Below are positions 36,975-50,700 of a stretch of 64,000 nt of DNA, piece by piece. A program made the position numbers and the translations under genes. The stretch comes from Hydrolagus colliei (taxonomy: Eukaryota), in NCBI GenBank assembly GCA_035084275.1, contig CM068750.1, positions 7,068,001-7,132,000 of the forward strand. The letters are read 5' to 3'. The stretch's first letter is position 1. Each line of letters opens with the position of its first letter. The notes under the pieces are model-generated. The model made no database searches and was not told where the DNA came from. It was given only the letters and a program-made list of their open reading frames with translations.

Positions 36975-37660
36975 GTGAGTACTCCTGTGGTTATCACAGA
37001 ATGGAATGCATGAGGGAAGATACAACAACCTCTAAACTGCTGTTTACAATAGAAATGCTTTGTGCTGCATGACGCGATAAATTGTGTGGATTGTGTTTGA
37101 ACTCAAGATGGACCAGGCTTGTCTGTGCAGGGAAATGTATTAAATTAGGAGTGTATCAGACTACCATCGTAACCGCATCAGTAACAAAGACAATTTATGG
37201 TTTATTGACGGGAAGTTAGTGCGGCAAATAATGAATGATATGCCAGTTCTATGCTGTTTTAATTATACGTTAACAGTTCATAACAGTCACATTTTGATTT
37301 GTGTTTTACAGTTATCAGATACTCCTGACAAACCTCCACCCACTCCAAGCTCAGCGCTGAAGTAGAAGTCATGCTTCACTCACTGTCAGAAACCTCTGTC
37401 TTCCTTGGTCCTCCTCCAGTTCCTCTGAATTCAATTGCCAAAAAAACAATCTTTTTATTGAAAGTATTTGTTCGCATTCTTGAACATTTTTGCATACCTT
37501 ATACAATTTATTTTGGCCCTATTTCCTGCTGAATAATTTCCTCCCACCCTCCTTAGTCAAAGATCTGTTGGATTTATTTGGTTCAAACCCAAGTGACCTA
37601 CCTGGAGTGGGGGAAGGGAATGAATGGTCTACCTACCTCCTCTAACATTGGGTGTAGGTG

Positions 37661-37750
37661 TCCTATAGTTCAGTAGTTAGAGCATTTACCTCGCAAGCAA
37701 GAGGACCTGGGTTCAATTCCCGGAAGAGCAAACCATTGTGCAAGTCTCTA
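37661..37750 (+). repeat. tRNA-derived SINE head (Pol III A/B boxes), not a functional tRNA
   Basis: tagttcagtagttagagc (A box) and ggttcaattcc (B box). The acceptor and anticodon stems do not pair well, and it continues into gcaaaccattgtgcaagtct, similar to the SINE core. Confidence 0.65.
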
Positions 37751-38239
37751 TATAACTAGCAGCAGGCAGGTTGTTGTCGATTGGGTGGATGGTTACTTTT
37801 AGACTCTTTTCAAAGTCACTTAATTGGAATTATAAGAAACAAATAATTGCTTGCTTAATTTACTGATGTAATGGCAGGCTCCATTTGGAATTTGGCACAT
37901 TATGCCATAAATCTCTAGAAACTAAACACTCAAGTTATTTCCTCTATCTCACAATGCCTGCAAAAATCCCAATTGTAGGTTTCATTCTTACAAATAACAT
38001 TGCAATTGAATTACATAAACATTGTAATGCGCATTGTTGCACAAAACTGTAATTTTTTTCTTCTGTGTCAATACTATTGCACCTTTGTACATTCAATTTA
38101 ATGCCATAGTTTGGGATTTTCTCCACCCACCTTTGATTAGTTTTCTTTATTTAGGGATGAGACAGGGGAGGTCACTTCTCACCCATCAAGTCATGCAACT
38201 CAACAAAAAACAGATGATTCCATCACTTTGGGTTTTGTA

Positions 38240-38503
38240 TGGAGTCAGTGGTTGGAGCACTCACGTTTTGAGCGAGAAACCTGGGTTTGATTCCCGGCAG
38301 GGCGAAACCTTGGGGAAGTTTCCTCACTCCACAAGCCTGATAATGATCCCTAAAAAAACCAATAATAGAATTGGTCATTTCAATCCACGACTGTTTGTAA
38401 GACACTACTATGCACAATTGGCTGCCGATTTTCGCCCACATGTATACAATCATATGTATCTAGCACGATATCAAATGCAAGAATTGCCATTAGTATTATT
38501 ATT
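38240..38503 (+). repeat. Near-full-length copy of the same tRNA-SINE, internally deleted
   Basis: tcagtggttggagcactc..ctgggtttgattcccggcagggcgaaaccttggggaagtttcc..tatcaaatgcaagaatt. Confidence 0.88.
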
Positions 38504-41500
38504 AGATTTCCTCAGCTGGGCGGTCAATTCTGTTTTTAGATAGAACAGCATTTTAATTGATTTTGCAAGAAATATTTAAAATGCTCAGTTGTTAATTCCA
38601 CTTGCTGGGTGTGGGGCTGTGGAGAATGTTCATCCTTCCTTTGGGGCAGGAATGTATTTACTGGTTAAATGTACTTGTTTATTCAAAAGTATCCTGTTAT
38701 TACTATTCGTCTGCATGGATGATTTCTTAAAGAAAGCTGGGTTGATGAGATAGACCCCACAAAAGACACTGAAGTTGTGAATGTCTGGTCTACTATCAGT
38801 TTGATCAAACCACTCAACTATGTCTGAACTGGTGAACTCCTGTATGATAGTCAGCAAACTCAATTTCTCCCCCACCCACCCGTTTCTTCCTTTCCCTTAA
38901 GTAGAAACCATCCGCCTGAAGATTTGATACTAATGGGTACTGCCCATGGAATAGGCAGTACTGCCCATGGAATAGCTGGCTACCATTTGTTCAAAGTGCA
39001 TCTCCTGAAATAACAGGTTACAACAACAACACATTACACTTAAATAGCAAGTTTCACGTCGGGAAAATGCTGGACAAGCAAGGATTTGGAAGATTTCAGC
39101 TGGACACTGACAACCAAATCAGTGTAGCCTTGCTCCACTGTTTTACTGTGTCCCATTCTATAACTATTGCACCAGTTAGGCTCAGCAAGTAGCTTGCACG
39201 ATATTAAAAGCTGAATGTTGCTGAGATTACCGTTCCATAGAGACTTTGACATTTTCTGTTCCGTTCCGATGTCATATTTCTCCAGTTGGGGCAGCACAAA
39301 ATAACGTAATGAAGCATATAATCAAGAGCGCTGGACCTGAAGGATGATCCTAAACACGTGACCAGTGCTTATCACAAAAACAACATCATTTTGTCAGGAG
39401 TTTACTGATTTAGATTTGTAAATAAAGCACTTGCTTAAAACGAACATGGTATCAGTTTGCACCGTGCTCTTGTTATTGCTTTCAGACTTTAAATAAATTG
39501 GACAACTTTTTTCGGCACGGATGGAAGCCGGTGGCATGGGAAGTGTACAATTCAACAAATTGGCCAGAATTGAAGTTGCACAAGCCCAAGAGCTTGGGCA
39601 AGGGCTTAGCTACTGTGGAATGTGCAAGTGTAATCCATTTGAATCAGGCACAGGAATTGTGATTGGATTGCTAAATATGAACTTAATATAGAAAGTAAAC
39701 TGCCGAGAAATGCCTGGCCAGTCTGAATGAGTTTCCATTAAGAAGTCGTAGATTGCATTTCACTGGTTAAATGTTGCCAAAAAATAAAATAAAAAAATCC
39801 TAGGAGACTTACAACAGCGTTTGCACATGGATATTAAGAGAAAGAAAGAGAAATTGATTTCATCACTGCGAACATCCAAAATCATCTGCAATTTGAAGCC
39901 TGATTAGTTGATTCATGGAAGCCTCGTTGTTTTACGGAAGTACTAGCGAATTGAAGAAAAAGTGAGAATACGTTTTTGACAAAGTGTCAAAGTGGTCACT
40001 GTGAATGGTGATTGCTGTAGTTGATGGCTCAGTCTCAGTCTCGTGTTACTCCAATGTCAAGCGCTCTGGAACGCTATCCTGCGTGAGGGGCTCTGGTCAA
40101 ATGCAAGTTGCTGTTGTACGCACAAGTGAAAGTGGTTTCTAGACCATACATACCAGAGTCACAGGACACGACAAACTTATCACAGAGCAGCAGAAAACCA
40201 CCGCAAACGACCAGTTAGATCAGGTGAAATAACTCATGTAGCTAGAAGGCTCCTAAACGTCAAGGCTTCAAAATGCCGTTTTCAAAATAAACAATTTACA
40301 AATCACATTTCCCTGGAAAGATTTATTGAAGCCCAAATGGTACCAGTTTTCCTTCCTGTTCTATTATTGAACTTGTGGGAAAAGTCTCGCCTGGCATCCG
40401 CTACCCTGAACCTTTAATGGTTCTGTCAATGCATATGGACAGCTGCTGATAATCTTCAGATGTTGTTGTTATGTTGCTCAATATAATCTACATGTGCATT
40501 ACACGGCTAATCTTTCCCGAGAGCTTTGGCCTTTACTCACAGTCATCAGCAAATGCCACCATTACCTGACACGGACTTTCAGCACAAAGTCCTGCAATGC
40601 AATGAAGTGGTGCAAAATACTTTTACTATCAGGATCCAGCATTGTAAAACAAATAGGCGAACTACATGTCTTAATATTCTTCCCATTCAGCTCGGAAAAG
40701 AATATTCTGTGAGATCTGTTGTGTGCTCATCCCAAATAGTGCCATAGTGTAAAATCTTTGCCTTTTACATGAATATAATTGCGTTCCAAAGTTTACATAT
40801 TCAGGGATTCAGTATTGAGAGATGGAATTTGCTGACGTTTCAGAAATAAGTCAAAATGACGCTTAATTAACACAACACTGATGAAAGCTAAACTGCATTT
40901 CAGCCACATGTTTTCAATTTTATTCCAAACCCTCCAACTCAATACTGTACTTTGGATTTGTTCAATCTTATCGCTGTTGTCCACGGACATGATTGCATCA
41001 TGTCGGTGGGCAGTATTTCTTTTAGTAAGTCTAAATTTGTATCTTATTATTGCTGGCTGAATAAAAGCTTCAATCATTTGTGTTTTAATTATATCAGATG
41101 ATGCTTGGACAATGCTGAACATGGGATCAAACTGGATTGTCTTGAGATGTACACAACTTCGATTTTTTTTGTTAATGGGAACTAACACGTAACCACACTG
41201 AGTCGCTTCTTTCAAGAAAGCAGCATCTCCTCGAATGACCTTGTCGTTCCTGCAGTTATATGCAAAACGACGAGATAAGGATCTGTGGCCAGAGCGCAGT
41301 CTAATTATACTGATCCTTTACAAACATGACACAGCCCAGCGTATTCTCCTTTGATTAGAATGCAGAGAAAGGGACTCATTTATTGCTGCAAGTCACCTAG
41401 TTACAATAGGAGGAATTTCTCGGCATTCCAATGTCTGTCATTATGTGAGGAATGCTTCAGCTTTGCTCATAATGTGGGGTCTCCTTTTTAAAAATAATAT

Positions 41501-42549
41501 GACAGGCGATTGTGGTAGACCCGGCACTGCAATCAAATAAGTTGAAGTAGATATCTTCCACTTGGTATCTTTCCCACAGTCCAGTATTTCACTTCTGTCT
41601 CCCAAAAGCTGTAAGAGAAAGAAGTCCAGTCTTATAAACAATTAGAATTTTTAAGCTGTCTCCAAAGTGCTTCCCAGAGTTAGAGGTACAAGAGTAATGG
41701 ATATTCGAATTCCGACAATTTGTCATAATTAGCAATAGTTGGAGCGGTTCAATGAATAATTGCAAACAAGGAGGTTTGAGTCTGGACACAAGGCTATTCG
41801 TCATGAGCTAGGTTGCCTCACATGATTGAGTTATCATTGTTTCTTGCCCAAGCTACTGGATGGATCATTAATTGAAAAGATGCTATTCCACTTTTCCACT
41901 TCCCCAAGTCATTAGTGAAACGAGAAAAGAGAACATCCAAGAAATATTTCCTTGCAACCTGAGGAAATATCTTCCTTAGATTGAGAACTCACTCCAGGAA
42001 GAATTACAACGTGTTCGACTGAGAAACTCATGTTGTCAAATCATACTACGTTTAACTGCAATCGGAAAAATGGTAGTCAACAGATAAAGCCCTTTAATTG
42101 TCCGATGGAGATCACTTTAAAACTGACCAAACAGCAGGATCTTGGCAATTAAATGAGCATTCTGCTCATTCAATTTGTTTAACTGATGCATTTGAAAAAA
42201 ACAATCATTACAGCAAACCATTCAGTTCCTATCTTACCACAATTATATGCACAGCAGCATTTAATTGAAGAAAATGGCCAAAAAAGACTATTTGAAGGAA
42301 CTGCATTAGCTTTACTTATCTGTCTAGTTGATGAGTCACTTCATTCTTCCGTCAAAGGCTTTAGGTTTTCTTGGGTGGGAACTATATGGGTATATATCAG
42401 ATTGGGTATGTTAATGCAAAAATGTGAAATTGCAGGACAAAAACACTGGGAAGCTAGATGTAATGTTGTCATATTTTGATTATATCAATGGCCTGAATTT
42501 GTAAGCACATTCCTTATAATGAATTACACATTCATACATTGCAAGATGA

Positions 42550-42770
42550 GCTTTCTCAAGCAGAGAATGGTGAAAATCCGTGCAGGAAGCTTTGGTTGAA
42601 GACAAGCTTGTCAATGTATTTAAGGGGAAACGTGATGCATACATGAGGGGAAAGGAATAGAGGAGTGTTAGGAAAGGGAATTAGTAGCCGTGGGTAGCTC
42701 ATGCGGAGTCTTAACACCGGCTGAACCCAAAGGCTTGTTTCCGTGCTATAAAACTTTAATTCTATGCAAA
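42550..42770 (+). mobile_element. Old CR1 3' fragment
   Basis: ttctcaagcagagaatggtg..., tttaaggggaaacgtgatgcatacatgagg..., cccaaaggcttgtttccgtgctata; the latter parts resemble the reverse complement of 35770-35930. Confidence 0.65.
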
Positions 42771-45234
42771 ATACGAAAGAGAGACCTCAACTTGTATACA
42801 ATAAATAATAGATCCTCTGATTGTTTGGCATTAAATTGAAGTGTGCTGGGTTTCTTCGTATTATTTCGAAGAACTGGACTTGTGCAGCTTCATTAGAAAG
42901 CAACTACTTCCATATTTTTCCATTGATTGGTAGTATTTGGGGGGAGATTTAACAGCAGGCAGCAGTAAAAAAGAAGCTTTTGTGCTTGTGGTGGATTCAG
43001 TCCAGGCTACAATAAACACCTATGTGGAGTTTGGACTCTGCATCAACAGCTTGCGTTAATGCAGAATTCCAGCAGTAATTAAGAAGCAATTAATCTCGGA
43101 ATTAAATGGTCAGAATGGGAAGAAAACAGCCAAACTGCAATGTTTAAAATCTTCTGGTGATAAGCAGTCTTAACGTTATATAAAAATATTATATACATTG
43201 TATCCCACTGAAATTTCACTCGCAACAGCAGCAGCTTAATTGGAATGAAGGAATTACCAGGGTATCATCCCTTCAGAAGGAAGGTGATAGCCCCAAATAG
43301 CCTTTTCTTGTTTCAGGTTCCCTTAGAATAACAGTGCTGTACTTTCATTTGATTTAGCTAGAGCAGCAATGATAATAATAATAATCCTTGCATTTGATAC
43401 GCAATGCTGACTTTTGTATTTTCCATTTTTTTTAGGTGTTTTTTTGAAGTCAATTACATACTTGTCTTTGATGGTATTATATTTTGGACTGTTGAGTTCC
43501 AGGCAGTGTTGGATACAGTGAGGAAGAGAGTGCGCCCTTAACAACAACAACAAGAACAATCCTTGCATTTGATATCGCGCTTTTCACGTCTTCAAGTCCC
43601 AGCAGGATAAAAAGATGGACAGCAAATAATTTTGTGGATGTTATATTTAGATGGTACATAGTACGGCCAGAAATGACAGTGGTGTGGACACATGTCTCGC
43701 TAAATCGAACCTGGTGAACCTTTCTGTACCAGGAGAATAGAAAGACTTGGTTGAAATTATAGGGAGGTACCTGAGGGGAAAAGCAGCAGATTTCTCATAA
43801 CCTACCGTGATCTCCAAAAAGACTAGCTCTACATTTGAGACACTGGGTTCCAGCACAGGCTGCAAGCGATCTACAGCTAGGAGACGCCGTGTGCAACATT
43901 CTGCCACTGGGCATTCTGTGCAGATGTTTTACATAGATACAAAGCAGCAGCTTTTCTGTTCCTAACAGAAACAGCATCTGGCTTAAATGCTGGTAACTCA
44001 CTTGTGCAGCTCCAGTGCATGGAAATCGTGCATGGAATTAACAGTTCGAAAACATGGCATATTGATTCGATTCCACAACATCATAGTTCCCTCAGTAGGC
44101 CATGACCATCTCTATATTTTCATGTTGTGTGAGGCAATAAACAAGGTGGTTTTTTTCCCGCAGCTTGTCAGATAATATTACAGCACGTGGCAGATTGTGT
44201 TGTTCAAGCTCATTTGGTAGCATTCTCACCTCTGGATCATAATGTTGTAGGTCCATACACCCCACGTCACTCTACCAGGTCACTACAGTGTTGAGGCAAC
44301 TCTGCGTTATCAAAGATGCTAACCTTGGAAAAGGCGCTAAAGCAAGTGGTCCATCCTGAAGGTTCAAGTGGCTGATTAAATATCCTACACTTAGTTTCCC
44401 ATGAAACATTCACTATAAAATGTGGCTGAGCAGTGCAAGCTCAAAGCAAATCATGCTGAAACTTAACTGTCCAGATCATCTTGAGGAGAAGCTTTTGGAA
44501 GCACATTGACTTGCAACTGTAGTAGTATACAGCGCCTTGCGATGTCCTCCCGACGTGAAAGGCGCTACACAAATGTAATTTTATCATTGTATACATGCAA
44601 GGGTGTATATAGTACTGTATCTGCCTTTTCAGTAGATTCCCACTACTTCAATGTAAATGCATAGAATGAAAAATAGTTCTACTTAGAATAGGTTTCTAAC
44701 ACGGAATAAGGCAAGGTTTGGAGAGAAGAAAACGTGTTTCTTTGTTCTTTTAGTGTTTAGAATGTCTATTTACTAGGTGTCCCAAAGTTCCTCCACAGAT
44801 ATTTTATGTGTCAAAGTCATTTTACAATTTGAATGCACAGTAGGTTTGTCCATAGAGCTGTGCAGACCCCTGGCATTAATGCATGGTTGAGGAATGAATT
44901 AATTTGCTCGGTTTGGGGTCCTGGGTTCAAATGGCCTGAAGGCGAAACATGGGGCCCTACCTTGACCAATGGTCCCAGTGGTCAGTGCTGCTGTCCTTGC
45001 CCTTCTTCAGTTAGGTCACTATGGCTTATTTCCCCTCCTGTGGTGGTCTAGGTGGTTAAGCATTAAGTGTCAAGCGTGTCTCTAGGAAGGAACCTCAGAC
45101 AGCCTGGCATTTCCTCAGTTCCAGGCAAAGGCCCCACACCGTGATCTGAGCTCTTATTCTAGGCTGCCTCTCCAGTGGAGCGCTGAGGAACTGCTGCATT
45201 GAATGGTCTGTCCCAGAAAGCTGCAGAGACAGAA

Positions 45235-45410
45235 TCAGTAGGAGAAATAGAACTGATACTGAGAGAAATAGACTGATACTTGGGTAGTAGAGATGTTAAG
45301 AGGTACAGCGGAAAGGCAGGCATTAAAATGAAAAGATCTGCTAATATCCAGTAATCTCCTGGAATGGTTTGATGGGCTGAATAACCTTCTCTTTTTCTCC
45401 TGTGTTTGTA
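45235..45410 (+). mobile_element. Old CR1 3' UTR fragment
   Basis: gatacttgggtagtagagatgttaagaggtacagcggaaaggcagg..gaatggtttgatgggctgaataaccttctc. Confidence 0.6.
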
Positions 45411-47529
45411 ACATCACAAATTTACATGAAACAGGCTGAGAGAAGAGAGCAGCTGGGTAGGTAGTGTTGCCGGATGTCACAGGGATAAGGAGTGTGGTAG
45501 ATCCAATACATAAGCTGCAGTTTACTCCTTGTAGGATGGAAATATATTTTGCTCTATTTCTTCCTTAGTATCCAGTGATTCAGTATTGTTCGTGGGTCCT
45601 TTAGAATTCAGGGCGAGAGGAAAGTCAAGTTACTTTAGTGTTTCTGGAGCGTTATGGGGATTTAGACCTAGTGTCTAATTTGGAGGTAGCATTTTTGGTC
45701 CAGTTTAATTTATCTGCTAAATACTCGCAGGGTGGATCTGGTTTCAGTAAACATTCTATCATACTATTCTAGTTAGTTCCAGTTTTGGCTCCCCACCACC
45801 CACCCCCTCCCCCGCACACACCCATTTTGATAAAACATTTTCTCTTGCAAAAAAAAGGTCAAAGGTTATGTCTGTTACTTGTCAATAATATCGGTGTCTT
45901 TTGAAAAATTCTGGCTCACATTTAACTCTGGATTGGATCACCATTTATTTAATAATTGTTTGCAATAAGTGTTCAGAAATTTGCGGAGTGCCCAGAAGGT
46001 GAGAGACCCCAAGAAGAGCCCCATTCTCAGAAGTAAGGCCACTTGATATTATCATAAGTAAAAGATTTAAGATGCTCATTGTTGTCAGGCTTCAGGAAAT
46101 AATTAACAGTAACCTGGCAGTCACAACACTGCTGACTTCTGCATGCTAGAGACATCACACTGACTGGTTGAACATCTCTCTCTGGCCATAAACAGGATGG
46201 GATCGGCGTATCAAAGAATAACCTTCAGGGCCAGCACAACTTTTGTTGGAGCAATGTTGTGTCAGTTAAGTTGCACTGCAGATGCATTAGTTGTCCTGCA
46301 CAGTGGTTGAAATCAATGTACGTGCTCTTGAAACATGTACATACTGCATTAATATACCTATTAATAGGGGTGTTTCAAATGGAAAGCGAAAGGGAGAAAT
46401 CTGCATTAATATTCTCAAGTCTGAGTGCTATTTGTGCTGAAGGTGTGGATATCACTGCTGCACAATTAACATCCTTTCTCACTTTTGCCATCCAGGGTCA
46501 CTAAACACTCACATTGGTCCTTTACATATATACAGTTACTTTTCCTACTGTTCTTCATCCTGCCCTGATCCTTCCCACCCTGCTCTTGTCCTACCTAACT
46601 GTACAGCGCCTTGGGATGTCCTCTCGACGTGAAAGGCGCTATATAAATGTAAGTTTTGTTGTTTGTTGTCTGTTTACAACTCACTATACACTATTCAATC
46701 TACTCTAATCACAGAAGAGTGAATTCCTTTTACCATTTCCAATATCATTAACCTGACTCTTTGAGTCAGCTTAATGATTTAGTAGTAAATCATGAGCTGT
46801 TTCACTGTGGACTTGTATTGACTTACTGGGTTTAAATAGCATATATCCAATCCTACTGTCTTTCATTTTGCTAGCAATGTCCATGAAGCTAATCCATGTC
46901 TTTGACCTTGTCCTTCACTGAATAACTAGGCTTTGGATTGAGTTTTCTCTCTCTAACTAAGGATGCTGAAGTCAGTGTTCGCATATCTACCATCACTCTG
47001 GTCAAGATCATCTTGCACAACATTGAAAACAAATCTTTGTTGGTCTGTTCAACAAGCTGGGCAATGTCTTTACCCATAGTCACAGTCAGTCAGTCATCAG
47101 GCATCTCCACTCACTGCTAGTGATTCTATTTTCATGAAAACGGTTGTGGTTTCTGAACAATGTTGAATCACTGTTACACTCAGCTGCTTCCCTTTGATCC
47201 ACAATCTTCAAAACACTGGGCAACAAAACTACAAAGCGAACACTTTGCAAAAATAAACGGTTGCTGAAAATAAAAAGGTCTCTCTGTACACTCACCTCAT
47301 TTTGTGGTGTGATGGCTCATTCCTCTTGCTGTTCCTGACCACTCCTTTTCCATGGTGTTCTCTCCCATAAATGTCCCAATGCCCAGCTCGTTGCTTCAAC
47401 CCTGAACCAGCCAAACCATTATCCTCAGAGAGCCCTGTAACTCTTTCTCTACACAATTTTGGTATATTTTCCTCTCAGCCTTCCTCTGCCCCCCACACCC
47501 CACCAACCAAAATAAATTCCACATATTCT

Positions 47530-47775
47530 TGCTTATAATACTTAATATATATAATACTTATAATAATATATAATAATATAATAATATAATAATCATCCTT
47601 GCATTTGCGCTTTTCACATCCTCTAGATGTCTCAAAGCTCTTCACAGGACATACTGTAAAGTGAATTGACTATATATTTGTGGGTGAATCGTGGCAGCCA
47701 ATACCCCACAAACAGTTGTGACCAAATTCAGTGACCAAATTAGAATTTTTTTTGTTGAGGGATTATTATCCCTGG
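47530..47775 (-). repeat. tRNA-SINE with expanded AT-rich tail microsatellite (47530-47593)
   Basis: (taata/tataa)n run, then atccttgcatttg..tactgtaaagtgaattgac..gagggattatta. Confidence 0.82.
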
Positions 47776-50700
47776 AAAAGCAATCAAGTAAATTACATAA
47801 ATCAACTGTGAGTATTGCATATTTGACCAGCCTCTTCTTTCACCACACAGAACGGAAGATAAAATTGTACGACAACTGGGCAGAGCTTTTGAAACGACGG
47901 TGATAAATAAATACATAAATAAATAAATCACTACGTTTATAAAATACTGTATATGGACCTGACTTTGTCCATAACCATGTAATATAACAAATAGCGCACT
48001 TATATCTATTTATACAATGTAAAGATATGACTAAACAGAATATTTACATGTTGCTTATATCTGATTCTATAAACTGTGGCATCACACCACCGAACTCTGT
48101 GTTGCTCTCTGTATACCACACATGAAGGGCAACAAGAGGCAAATTGTAGTCCACAGAAACCACATTTGTAAATTGGGATTAAGCACTCCACCCTGTTCAA
48201 TCATTTGATGAGAAATTCCAAAAAAGATGGAAACAGTCTTCTGGAATAAATGTTTCTAGCTTAGTAATTAACAGATAAAACGTTGTAATGAAAAAAACAA
48301 GAGATTATTCGCACAATCCTGGGGGAAAATAGAAACCATTGTTCTGAAACTTTGTCAAAATGAGAAAATTGCAAGCACTAGGAGACATTCTGTTAGATAT
48401 ACTCTGTTTTTGTAGAATTTGGAGAGTGATTGAATTGAATTTCAACTTCTCTTAAAAGAACGTACAGAAAAACAGGTTCAAAATGCAGGCTGCCACTGGA
48501 TTTAACCATTTACAAGGATCTGGATACTCTGAAATACTGTGTCAAATAGAGTAAGTCTAGATCCAGGTGGAATTTCTTTCCAAATATCTTCACTGGAAGG
48601 CAATAAAAGGAAACAGATTCCTTGAAAGTAATGTAGAATCTACGATACTTCAAAATATGTGATGGTGCTTTGAAAAGCTGCTTCAGCTTTAGAATAAGAA
48701 TTATGAACAAAACCACTTAATGTAACTCTATCTTGGCCACCTGCTCAAGTAAAAATATATCTATTTGAAATCTATCTGTAGAAATCAAATTGATGACGCC
48801 AGGCTCAATCCTTTTGTTAAGGTAAGACTTAACCTTCTGATGCCTGGTTCCTAAACCACACAAGAAGATCAGACTATGTTTTCAGCTCCATCGAAGATCA
48901 AATGCATTACAGTCGTGTGTCAAGGCTACAAGCAACTTGAAGAGTTAAATTAATCTGACATGATGGGAGTTTTCATGTGTGTTGAGGGTGGGTTCAATGC
49001 ACACTACATAAAAACTGAAGAAATAAAACTGCCCTCCCGTGTTCTTCAGCAATAAAAGGAGACTGGCTACAGACAATGTGTTCCCCATCTGGATTAAAAA
49101 AACAGCAACAAAATAGTTTATACTCTAATTGCAGGAAATATGCAGGTTGAAGCACGTTGGCTAATTGTTGAAACTGAACCTTACTGTGAATTCTTGAAAG
49201 AAAATAAAAACAAACTTCTAATAAGGGCCTGTGTTTTTGCCCCCTCAGGAGGCAATCCTGAGGGAGGGAAGTAAAAGTTTACTTTTAAATACAATTTGGA
49301 ACCCTGGAACTTGGCACAATTCGAGGTTGGTTTTTAATTGCTGCAGATTAGATTTTACTGTTTCTCGAGTTTCTGGTCTCTATATGGCAGGAAAAATGGT
49401 GACCCAACCTATGTACGTCAGGCCCACTGTCATGCTGCAGCACAGCTAGTATTGGGCGCAAGAAAACTACAACAGGTAAATAAGATAAAATCCTTGGTGG
49501 TTGTTACCAACATCTTACACCTTATTTAGCGCTTTCATCTGACACAATAAATAACTTAAACAGCTTGGAAGAATGAGATGAATTCAAAATTAAGTGTATA
49601 TTTCCATGAAGGCAAATGTCTAGTGCCAGCAATGTCCGACACATGCACAAACTTACAGGCATACACGACACACAAACAATGACGCCAATTCATTAGAATT
49701 TGGTTGGAGGAAGGAGAATTTGAATGAGAGAATGTAAATCAGGATACACAGAAGGACACTCCACTTGAATCTGAAATAGCTCCATCTCTTAAGTAGCTCT
49801 CTCGGTGTGAAAGAATGGTGTTTATCACAGTGGGTGACCAGGACTTTACCCCACCTCCATCCCCCCCATTCATATTGTGCTCAAATAGACAGAGAGCAAA
49901 GTACTCCTTCCATCTGGGTACAAACAGTGAAAAAAAAGGCCCAAGGAGAACAGAAGACCAAGATTTATCTTCTAAATTATTTTTCTTCATTGGTGAACCT
50001 AATTGGATTTATTTTTTCTATGGTTTAATTTACAGTGGAGTGCAATGTCCTGTTTACAGTATGGCCCCGTTGCTTTAACCCCGAGACTGCACTCCCCAGC
50101 TGGTCATGTTTTCAAAAGTCTAGGGCTTGCAAATTGTGATGTTACTGTTTATGTTACAGCAGAAATGCTCATGGGCTTTGAGGCATTGCTTTTTATAACT
50201 GAAATCCTATTAAAATGTAGGAGCTCTAAAACTATTCAGCTTGTCTGGTGAATTAGTAAATCACTGCATGGGTTTAACTGTGAAACATGTAGCTCTGGAA
50301 GATCCCAAATTCAATCTCAGATAGACTTGACACATCTGACTGCAGTATTCCTGAACGAGGAGCATAACTGAGATCAGTCAGTGTCTCTGCTCGAAAATGT
50401 AAGCGTTTGGATGTGAGGTTTGATAGCAATTTATCTGAAAATAGAATAATAATAAAAATAATTCTTGCATTTGGTGTAGTGCCATTCACATGGGGAAGAT
50501 GTCTCACAGCGCTGTTTTACTATTTATCAAATCCAGTACTACAATTCAAGCCTGATCGATGAAGTTTGACAGGCCAGGTCAAACAGTGAATCTCCTTTCA
50601 GCCACGCTTTCTGATTACAAAGGTCCCATCAGCAGTGTTGCCCAGGAACAGGTGAACCAAAATAAATCATCACCTCGGAGGCAGCCCAAGGGTTAAACTA

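Noticed and set aside
36840-36984. Minus-strand coding exon STHLAQKKQRTSQRK..ENSSFK (ccacag| .. aag|gtagga)
   Set aside because: No partner exons or homology recognised, and the plus-strand signals at the same place fit the promoter better. Not fully excluded.
37661-37732. tRNA-Ala(CGC)-like gene
   Set aside because: The acceptor and anticodon stems are broken and it continues into SINE core sequence.
38034-38543. 169-aa ORF and other ORFs ending in ..KRYIKCKDYYY
   Set aside because: They read through SINE copies, and the recurring peptide is just the translated SINE tail.
49242-49264. 9-bp perfect hairpin ccctcagga/tcctgaggg
   Set aside because: Short enough to arise by chance in 64 kb, with no supporting context.
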